Origin: Enoplolaimus lenunculus
Taxonomy: Eukaryota
NCBI GenBank assembly: GCA_030248215.1
Contig: JASANG010001013.1
Span: 1 to 64,000 of the forward strand
Reading direction: 5' to 3'
Length of the DNA: 64,000 bases
Part shown: positions 53,800-64,000 of the stretch, in pieces
Layout of the letters: each line of letters starts with the position of its first letter
Numbering within the stretch: the stretch's first letter is position 1
The notes under the pieces: generated by a model
Databases searched by the model: none
What the model was told of the DNA's origin: nothing
What the model saw: only the letters and a program-made list of their open reading frames with translations
Translations under genes and position numbers: made by a program

Positions 53800-55508
53800 A
53801 TTTTTGTTATAGAAATAAAACAAGTTTCGTCATTTTTTCGCTCAAACTTGTTATTATAAGTAAGGTATATATCGTGCAATTTTTCACAACAGATATGCTG
53901 CAATTGTTCGAAATGAAAGAAAAGTTACGAAATTCATCCAAAATGTTAACAATTTCGATGCATCCGCTATTTTTTGTTCGATATTTTACAAAGTTCCGGT
54001 GAATGTTTGCACGCCTCAAAATTGAGTTGAAAGTAAAATAAAACATCTTTGATTTTTTTACACTTCAATATCCGTTCTCCGTTTCCGTTTCCTAATATTT
54101 CGATCACTATTCGTTTCCGTTTCCGTTATTTTTACTATCAGTTTACACCCTGCCTCCGACTAAAATCAAAGCTACGAAATTTAAGTAAAATCTTAACTCA
54201 AGTGGGAATTCGACTTAAGTCGTGCTTCTGCAATTCAGCTAATTTCTTCCACCAAAACGTCCTGAAAATCCACCTATAAACAGACAGTATCCCGTACAAA
54301 AGGATGTTTTGTACCCTGGACAACTTACTCAAAGTTTAACTGATGCATTTGTGAAGGTATATTTCGCTTACAAGACATTGTTGTATTATTTTCGACTTAG
54401 ATATATTTTTCAATTATTTTTCATTACAAGTTCTATTAAAGCCTGTTGGCATTAAAGCTTATGATGAATTAATTACTTAATCGCACGCTGTGATAAATTA
54501 GTAAACAATCGGCAAAGTTTAAAATTAGTAAAGCACATTTAAAATGGTTAATATAGCACTATAATGAATCAGAAAGGTCAAAAAATAACTGAATTTATGA
54601 TGAGGTCAAAACGCTTTTCTTGCTCGTTCTGCATCGTTTACAAAAACGCTTCCGGAATTTTTGTTCCGGCCGGAATTCATGAAAAAATTCAATTCCTGTT
54701 CCTGTTCCTGTTGCTGCGTTCAAAGATGCAGGTACCGGAATTCATACGGTTTCGGGGCAAATTACTCGTAATCGTTTAAATTTCGGAAACTTTGTCTTTG
54801 AAACATTGGTATTTTGAAACGAGTGTTTCGGCAATTATAGTTCAATTTTATCGATAAAACGTTTCGAATGTTTTCTCGCAAAACTTTATAATGAAACAGC
54901 TGAAAATTCGCTCAACCTATTTTTTGGCAAGTTGTCTAAAAAGTCCAACAGTAATTCGGCGCCGAAAATTATTTTCAAATTCCAGTTTCTGTTCCTGTTC
55001 CAGTTCGTGCAAAGAGATTCAATGCCTGTTCCTGTTCCGGTTCCGGCAAAATTGAGTTCCTGTTGGAACCATAATATGTATAAGACCTAATTCATAATCT
55101 TGTCCGTATTGGTGCAGAGTTAGAACGAGTAACACGGTAACCTTTGTAATACAAAATATCAACTCGAAGTTTCATAATCAAGTAAAATATGCGTTTTAAT
55201 TTCGCGTGAAAACGTCAAAAAGTTTCTCAATATTTTGTCATAAAAACTAATTAAATTGTTTAAAATAAAACCCCGAGTTCAATCGAAACTTAAAAGCTGA
55301 GTATCTACAAAGTTGATTTTGTGGCATGGAACGTTGCCGAAAGCAACAAAATTTTGTCAAAATAATAACGCCGTTCAATTGGACGCCTGCGGTGTTAATT
55401 TTTAGCCAATTTCCCATATTATGATGTACTGTACAAAGGTGAAAAATTGCCAGAGCCGGATGCATATTAACTCTGATGTTATTCCTCGCAGGCAGAGTAT
55501 CATATATC

Positions 55509-55862
55509 AGCCAGTGTGTATAGAATAGGGCCGTAACAGCAGTATAACCATATCGGCCCATGTAAAGATCTGGGGGCGGAACATTTGTCTGTGTGATTAG
55601 AAAAGAGTAAGCTTATGTTTTAGACGAATTTTTTTGCTCGGCTTAGGTTTAGGCTTAGGCGTAGGAATATGCCCATTCTTTACGCGTAGGCTTAGGCTTA
55701 GGCTTAAGAATATGCATATAATACTGTTCCGCCCCTGTTCTTCACATTGGCCGCATATACCTAAACCTAAACCTAACCGTAATAATGAGCTTATACCTAA
55801 CCCCTAAGCAAAATATCAATCTAATGCTGCAGAAAAACGTTCCCCCTGATTTTACATAGACC
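55509..55862. mobile_element. Nested pair of TTAGGC-family MITEs (inner copy 55555-55752, opposite orientation)
   Basis: Outer TSD CATATAT(C/T); the inner element has complete TIRs and interrupts the outer AAGCATATTCC motif. Confidence 0.7.
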
Positions 55863-56487
55863 CATATATTTATGCTTTTTTAGCTTTTTCCGTTGTATAA
55901 ATTTGAGTCTATAAAAAGCTCCAGAGAAAGTTGCAACATTTGAAACCTAAAAACCGACTGCAAAATTACTATTAAAAAATTTCAAAAATGCGGAAAAAAT
56001 AGTTTTTTTAGTGCAAAATATGGTATTCATCAATCATTATTTATGTTCAGTTGAAATGCTATTGCAGTCTCATGTGTTAAGCTGCAGTCGATTAAACAAC
56101 GACCATATGTGTGTACATTTTAGTATTTCTACAATTCTATCCTGGATTTGGCTTATTACAACCCGTTGAACCGTGGCGATACATAAACCATTTCCGGCAG
56201 TGTCCTGTATTTTGTTGGTCAGTAATTTTAATATTTTTTGCAAAATGACATACAATACAAGCAATTTTTCGACATATTTCAGAGAGTAGCCGGATATTCG
56301 TTTTCGTGTTCTTTTCCGGTAAGGTTGGTTTCTGTTTCCGTTATGAAAATACCGAAAATTCTGCTGATTTTACGCTCAGAATTAGTTATAAATCACGTAT
56401 CGCTATTTTTCGTTACAGATGCGATTCCGTAACAAATTTTCGTTAGTAACCTCTGTATGAAATTTATAGCTAACGCTATTTTGCACA

Positions 56488-56730
56488 CACTGTAAATTCC
56501 AGCTAGTTGATTTTAACTCAGAATGAGTTAAATCCGCTTAGAAGTCTGAGCACTGAATCTTTCAGAAATCAGAATTATAAATTGATTGAACTCATTTTGA
56601 GTTAAGTAACTCACCCGGAATTAAATCATCTCAAATTGAGTAAGTATTTTTACTGTTGTTACTCAAAAATAACCATAAATAACTAATTCTCCCTCTGACT
56701 TGATTAATCAACTCATTGAAATTTACAGTG
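56488..56730. mobile_element. CMC/EnSpm-like MITE (CACTGTAAAT family)
   Basis: Same TIR; TSD CA. Further copies at 57300-57551 and 59404-59652. Confidence 0.75.
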
Positions 56731-57954
56731 CAGTATATTTTACAAAAAAAGCATTTCAGCCTTATCAATGTTTTTAGTTTTTTTCACAATAATTTTGTTA
56801 ATTTATTTTTGGCAGAATCGCACCTCAGCTTTATGGCTGTCATTGCAAATCAAGAAAAAATCTAAAAATATATTTAAAATTACAAGAAAATATCACTTTT
56901 CCTGTCTGCCAAAACCAATGTCTACGTTCACTTTACTTCTCGTTCTTTCTCACAAACCTACATTTCAAAGAAAAAAAACCGAATATACCAACAATTGTTT
57001 TGAATAGAAAAAAATACGTTCATTTTTACTATTTAAATAGCAATAAACCAGAACATAAACGTTTTTGGCACGTTTCGACTCGAGTTGTGCCCTCGACGTA
57101 GGATGCGGCCGGTTCTGATTCAGGCAAAAATTTTGACGGAAAATTCTCAGCAATTTTGGCAGCGTAATTTTTCGTGTTTTTCTAAATGTAGTTTCGTTCA
57201 GTGAGTTTAGTTGTAAATTTTGGGTAAACTTGGAAGTTTCAATTATTTTACGTGCTCTGAAATACAAAAGAATACTTTGAAAACACGTTTTACAGCCGAC
57301 ACTGTAAATTGCCATGAGTTGATTAATCAGTTCAGCTAAAGAGTTGGTTATTTCTGAATTAATATCAGTAAACATTACCTCACTATGAGTTGAGTTGATT
57401 CTCACTCTGAGTTGAGTTGACTTTGGGTAAGTTGATTAATTAACTCAGAATGAATTGAATCAACTGAAAATTCTGAGTTCTGATAGACCTAACTCAGACT
57501 GACTGGTTCAACTCATTCCGAGTTAAAATCAACTCACTGAAACTTACAGTGCAGTGTACGATTAAATCAATTTACATGATTTTAGACATCTGATTTTGTT
57601 TCACTTCCGGCTTCGGTTTCAGCTCCGGCAAGTTTTGTCAAGTTCCGGTTCAGGCTTGTGCTTTTTCCACCTCTGACTAAACCTGGTTTATAGAGTTGTG
57701 AATTCTGCAATCTCAACACGGTCATAAGCTTCTATAATTTTCTATAAATTATTATATCATGCAAGTTGTTCATCTGAACCTTAAAATGTGTTTGTTAACC
57801 AATGTACGTGAGTTGAAATATGTAATGAATAAATTTTCACTTAGACACTGGCCGTAAACTATAACGCTAAGTTTTAAAATTCCAAAATTCCATAAAAGCC
57901 CAAAAAATATCTTTCGCAACCGAAAATCACTAATTCGCCAACAATCATATTTCA

Positions 57955-58468
57955 TATAAGCATATTGCTAAGCCTAAGCCTAAGCCTAAACCTCAGCGTA
58001 AGAATAAGCATATTAGGAAGCCTAAGCCTAAGCCTAAACCTCAGCGTAAAAATAAGCATATTAGGAAGCCTAAGCCTAAGCCTAAACCTCAGCGTAAGAA
58101 TAAGCATATTAGGAAGCCTAAGCCTAAGCCTAAACCTAATCGCATGGATGAATCTATTCCTAAGACTAAGCCTAAACCTAATCGCACGGACGAATCTATT
58201 CCTAAGACTAAGCCTAAACCTAAGCCTGAGCGTAAGAATGAGCATACTACTAAGCGTAAGCCTAAGCCTAAGCCTAACCTTAAGCCTAAAACTAAGCGTA
58301 TGGACGAGCCTATTCCTAAAGCTTAAGCCTGAGCGCAAGAATGAGCCTATTCCTAAGCCTAAGCCCAATCCTAAGCCTAAGCCTAAGCAAAAAAATTGGT
58401 TTAAATTTTAAAATGACTCTATTATAGCCCGTCCGGAAAACAGTCCTGCTCTGTTCTATACATTGGCC
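57955..58468 (-). mobile_element. TTAGGC-family MITE with expanded higher-order (GCCTAA)n array
   Basis: Repeated AAGCATATTAGGAAGCCTAAGCCTAAGCCTAAACCTCAGCGT units ending in the family TIR at 58468. Confidence 0.75.
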
Positions 58469-61400
58469 AGTTTTATTACCAGTTTCTTCAATTCAATACA
58501 GCCACGAAATCGCAACGATTAAGTATTTTTCAAATTATTCAACTGAACCGTAAACATTAATCGCTGCACTGTAGGATATCTACTATAGCAACACCATCAT
58601 AACAATTACTAAGCTTACGATTTAGGAATTGCTTTTAAACCTGGGAGACAGGGTCGGGGGGGGGGGGGGGTCAGAATAGTACTTGCAAAAACAAAACATG
58701 ATGTAAATTTAACGGTAATGTTGTATTCTTTGGGTTGGCGAGCGAAGGTGATTAAAGCATTTCGGTAACCCTTGCGTGATGCCAACTTTCGCGTATTTCG
58801 GAATCTTTGGCTTTATCCAATTATACCTAACATTGCATAAAACGCCCTACTTATAGACTCATCATTTAGGTTTGTTTGTATCGCAACCATTGTGACGTAT
58901 TCGTACTTTATAGCATTGATTATGCTCATTCTACCGCTTAGGCTTAGGCTTCGGCTTAGGCTTAGGAATATGCTTATAATACTGTTCCGCCCCTGTTCTT
59001 TGCATAGGCCAAACCATGTAAGTAAATACTGAAAAATAAGAAAAAACTCTGCAACTCATGAAAGAAACAACTATACTTCAATCAGACCGGAACTAACGAG
59101 CAGTTTGCCTCTCTCAAGGCAAGCTTTGCTGCAAAATAGTGTTGGCTTAAAACTTGATACAGGTACAATGCGAAAAATGGTGAGCCAAATTGACTCTCTC
59201 AGAAATAGGCTTTTCGGAACTACACAAATTGGAGTTAAAATTCGACTCCCGTACGTTGACGCTGGCATAGTCGATGTGAAACTGAAATTTTGCATTATAA
59301 AGTCTAGGATTAGTGATGGGCCTCGGATAATTTTTCATATCCGGACCGGTAATTCATGCCGGATATTTATATATCCGTATATACGGATATATCTGGAAAC
59401 ATACACTGTAAATTTCTGTGGGTCAATTTAACTCAGAATGAGTTGAATCACTTAGTTTGAGTTAGGACTATCAGAACTCAAACTTTCTAGTTGATTCAAT
59501 TCATTCTAAGTTAATTAACCAACTCACCCATAGTCAACTCAACTTAGAGTGAGAATCAACTCAACTCAGAGTGAGTTAATGTTTACTGATATTAATTCAG
59601 AAATAACGAACTCTCTAGCTGAATTGATTAATCAACTCATTTGAATTTACAGAATATTTCATTTCGGATACATATCCGGATTTTATCTAAGAGAGATTTT
59701 GTTCAAAGCATATGCTAAAATATTGAACGTCGCGATTTCTTTGATCAAAAGTTACAAGACACATCGTCAACTAGCGATAGGCGCTACATACATCTGAGAA
59801 TACTTATTGGTCATCCACGTTTAAATGCACGCGCCGATGTAATAAATTTAATGGTCCACCCACCCCATTTGGAATAGCATCGAAATACACATCCTAGCTG
59901 GAGGCAAGGTACAGTTTCATAGCTGTACTTCGATAGTAGTGATTGTCCAAACTCTGTCGGAAGGGACTCTGGAGGAATACATGTTGTCTGTAGGATGTCA
60001 GGACATTACGATAGTGCACGCACACATATATCAAAACACAAGCTGTGCACACATATTCACGCGCATCATTCAACACAAAAAACAGAGTCCCTTCCGAGGG
60101 ACTATGGACAATAACAGTTCCTGATAAGGATGTCAGGACAACTAAATAGTTATGCCTAGAGCATATTCATTGTCTAAAGGTTCAGACAATGACATACTCA
60201 CATATCACACAGTGTATAAAGATAGTGGTGGGTCGGGACAACGCGGGCACCCAAAAGGGAGGGACATTTTTTGCATTGTGCGTGCATTTTAACGTGGATG
60301 ACCCATTATTCTAAAAACCGTGCAATATTAATTTTCGTTCTGAAGTTTTTGAACCATTAGTTTATTCTGGCTGGCTTAGCTAAACTTTAAATCAAGAATA
60401 TTATCGTTCAACGTTTGCACTGTGTGTCGCAACAGTATTTGCCTTCTGTTAAGGTTTCATCTACCCCCCCCCCCTTAATGAGAGGGGGGTAAGGAAGAAA
60501 TGCAACGCGTTCCTGCTACATTCTTTTGCACACAGAATGTACCCAGTTGCACACTCTTGTTGAATCCATTATTCACTCCGGATTAAACGGATAATTGCTC
60601 AACAATACCGGATAACCGAAGGGTGGCTGAGGGCATGTTAAAAATAAATAACAGTCCGTAAACCAAATAACAAGAGGGGTGCACTCTGAAGAAAAAAATT
60701 AATACTAGTCTTTCTGTTTTATTCGGGTCACTACAGTACGTTGGAATTCGATGCGAACAAACCAGCGCAAGTTTAGGTACTGTGTTAGAGTTGTACCTAT
60801 TTAGAATTTTTGCCAAGGTGCTAAAAATTTGAATAATGCAGTTGGAATCGCATAGATTTTCTTACACTCGACCGAAATGCGTGAAATAAAGCTACACAGT
60901 GAGATATACCCAGTATTAGTTTCGGTAGTTGTATAACGGAAACGGACACCGATTGTTACCGGAAACCGATATCCGGTTAAACGCTGGCAGTAATTTATAT
61001 GTCTCGTTACCTAAACTTCTCTTCTTCTGCCGAATCACTTTTCGGTCGCTATATTTCGCTACAAGCTGGTTTCTCGCTATAGGTTGATCAATGCGACATA
61101 AATTTTTCATTTGCCATTTTGAACAACAGACAATGTACCATTCTTCACCCATGCAGTTAATGCCAAAAAGTATTGTCATAACAAACCGTTATGAAAATCG
61201 TTGCTAACATTTTTCCAACATGCTCACTGAATAACACAACGCACTATTTTATTTTACAACGGCAATCTATAACTCTAGCACAAACTGGAAACTAGACCCT
61301 GCAGTTGACTAGTGCAAACGATACACCTCGCGTGAGAAATGAAAACCTTACCCAATCGAGTATGACTTGATACATAATCGCCTTTATGTGACAAACTGAT

Positions 61401-62206
61401 TGGAAATATTTCATCTCGCTATTGTACTTCAACAACTACATGTCAATAAATACCCGTTTTCTAGCCTAAAATGTTACACGGATACTTTCGCTTAAGTCCA
61501 AATATCAATTCCAAAATGGTATCAAAGCACCATATATGACATCCATAACAATAAAAAGTAACAAAACCACTAAACGACTAACAAAACTACAACATAACCG
61601 AATATTTTAGGTGAACCCTTCTATTGTATAAATATGAACCAGACATTTCGACTGCACTCTACAAAATTTCTCATACATACGTGTCCTAAAATTGACACTT
61701 TATTGAGTTAAATTCTTATAGAATAGAGATATTATCTGAAACAGTACTTCTGTTATTTACGAGACCGCTAACTTTTAAAATGATGTTTTGTAGACAATTG
61801 TTGATTCGTAAGACTTCTGTTTAAAAACACCATAAACTAAGTTTTGTAATGTTTAAGCCAAACTGTCTAAAGGTTCAGCGATGAAAAAATAAAACCTAAC
61901 CGAAACTTCAACGATTCTGAACCACTGTATTCATGTCATCTAATAAGATAATTACAGCAAACTAGCACAAACTTGATGTATGTTTTCTGGCCGATGTTAA
62001 TTATACAGGCTTGCACACCAGGACTAAGCCTAATACTAAGCGTAAAGCTTAAACATAAGAATGGGCCTCACAGTCTCTATGTTCTGTACTCTGCCTGTCT
62101 AAACCTAACAGTAACTCTAGGCCTACGAAACTCATACTAAGTTGTTCACTGTCACTGTCTCCCAGCGGGCAGGCTCCTATAATTAATACGGCACGTTTTC
62201 CTCCAA

Positions 62207-63479
62207 TCAAGGCACCATATCATTGATAATTTGCGGCAGCCATTTATCGTACCAGTGCGGCCCACTCCTACCATCATTTCGGTGCCAGTTAAAAAACCGA
62301 TTGTAGTCACGCATACGTGAATGAAAATACAAATCGAAGACTTCAGGCTCAGACCAACGATGCTCTCGTGTGAAATATATTGGCTCGCCGTACCTAAAAT
62401 TAATATTTGTGGGATCGGTCGTTGAAGTTCTTTATCACTCGTGTATGAATTTATAAAACTTCCATTTTCGTCTCTAAAATAAGCTGCATACAAACATTTC
62501 GGGGATGGGAATAAGCGCCGCCTCCTGTCCAGAAACAAACAACGTTATAATACAAAATAAAAAATACTCAACCAACCATGTGCCAGTTTTCCATCCAGGA
62601 ACATCTTTCATGACTTCATTTTCTTCGTCACGTTGATACCGTAACCATCGCAATCGCCTATAAACAATAATACACAATAACAGTAGCAGACGTATCACTG
62701 ATAATACAAATTAAATCCGGCATCCGGGATTTTATTAAAATAAAAATTGGTATAAATTTTAAAACCCGAAGTACTCAAAGCCAATTTTTGGTAACATCGT
62801 CAACATAAACGCAGGTAATGTAAACTTACAAACGATCACGTTCTGCAAACAAAAATGGCTGAATAGCTATCTGTTGTTCTTGAATTTCGAATTCGTTCCT
62901 CCTCAAAGAAAATATATAAAAATTATAATACTGTATATATAATATGTATATATAATATATATAATATATACCTATATATACTTCTATTTTGATCTATATT
63001 TGGTAATTTATAACGTTTTATAAAACGTTGCATTGCCGACTCTACAACTGCTCTTAGTTTTGCGTTGGACAGTCCATATGCATGCATATACACACATCGT
63101 TAAAAACCAAAAAATAATATATTATACAGACCTATTCCCAAAATAAAGGATTTATAAGCGTACGTGGACCAGAAAGTTGCGCTACGGTTGACGCACCTTC
63201 TACATCACTTCACAGAACGGCAAACAAACAGACTAAGACCTAGAGCGTGGCTGCATACTCTTATCTAAAGAGTTACCATGAATTCTTGCGTATACCAATG
63301 CGATTGTTCAAAAAATGTATAGCAAACATTTGCACCATTAACTTAACAGAAACCATTCTCAAAGTTAAACAATACATTATACATAATACTGTAAGCTTAC
63401 GCAACACGACGCTTCATTGCCATATAGCAATAAAGTCCATACGAACATGTGCAGAAATATAGCGCAAACAGCTTCCATG
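62207..63479 (-). CDS. NDUFA13: NADH dehydrogenase 1 alpha subcomplex subunit 13 (GRIM-19), 5'-partial
   Basis: Exons 63479-63401, 62901-62830, 62657-62577 and 62393-62207 join in phase to WKLFALYFCTCSYGLYCYMAMKRRVARNEFEIQEQQIAIQPFLFAERDRLRLRWLRYQRDEENEVMKDVPGWKTGTWYGEPIYFT...GPHWYDKWLPQIINDMVP*. MKDVPGWK and LxAExDR are GRIM-19 motifs. The N-terminal QDMPP exon was not found in the window. Confidence 0.9.
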
Positions 63480-64000
63480 CTGAAACAATACAAACAAAAA
63501 ACATGAGGTAAACACAATGTAAGCTCAATTAGAAACTCTTTCAAAAACAAAATTAGCTTCAATTTTTATCAGCCTGGCATCCGCGAGCGTCGCTTATAGA
63601 TGTGGCCAGTTGTCTCGATCAAGTCGCTTTAAAATGTTCAACTGTCAATATAGATTTAAAGTAACAGGATGGTAAGATGCAACCCGAAACCGATGGAAGT
63701 ACCGGTTGAGCTCGTTACACCTGAAAAATTAGGGAGCAACTACGTTAATCCAATAATAATGAAAGGAATCAGGACCAACATGTATAACTAAAGACATGAT
63801 GTTGCACAGCAGGAAGCTGAACTAGAAGTTTCTAAGAAGAGCGGTAACGAATTTGTTTGATAATGAAACCCCGAAAGCTTGGAGAACAAACATCTTACGC
63901 TTTCAAACTTTTTGTTAAAAATTACCGGACACCACCGCGCTCCGCGTCCGGCAAGTTTTAATAAAAAGTTTTTCAGCGCCGCGGGCCGGCGCCATTTGAC

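Noticed and set aside
57955..58468. True telomere or chromosome end
   Set aside because: The repeats are short, degenerate, internal and enclosed by TIRs, with genes on both sides.
63655..63727. NDUFA13 first coding exon after TTTTTCAG at 63721-63728
   Set aside because: No frame gives the expected QDMPPxGGY motif, and all frames reach stops.

Overview
AT-rich, repeat-dense eukaryotic genomic DNA. It is most likely a nematode, given the TTAGGC repeats, TTTTCAG/TTTTAG acceptors and nematode-type proteins. Four intron-containing genes can be assembled by hand: a secreted FDSLSG-type (orcokinin/pedal-peptide-like) neuropeptide precursor (+), a stomatin/MEC-2-like SPFH protein (-), a TWK-7-like two-pore K+ channel (-) and the 3' part of NDUFA13/GRIM-19 (-). 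Most of the remaining sequence is non-autonomous DNA transposons (MITEs) and minisatellites, and most ORFs in the supplied track are artefacts of these repeats. Most notable: (1) a 34-bp minisatellite made of about 15 copies of the K+ channel's last splice acceptor plus its GFGD pore codons; (2) an abundant GG-ended, 8-bp-TSD MITE family carrying telomeric TTAGGC arrays; (3) a predicted disulfide-cyclised peptide in the neuropeptide precursor; (4) TTAA MITEs carrying a tRNA-like Pol III cassette; (5) an array of co-varying hairpins; (6) an apparent GAG splice acceptor in NDUFA13. All gene models and family assignments were made by eye, without database searches.
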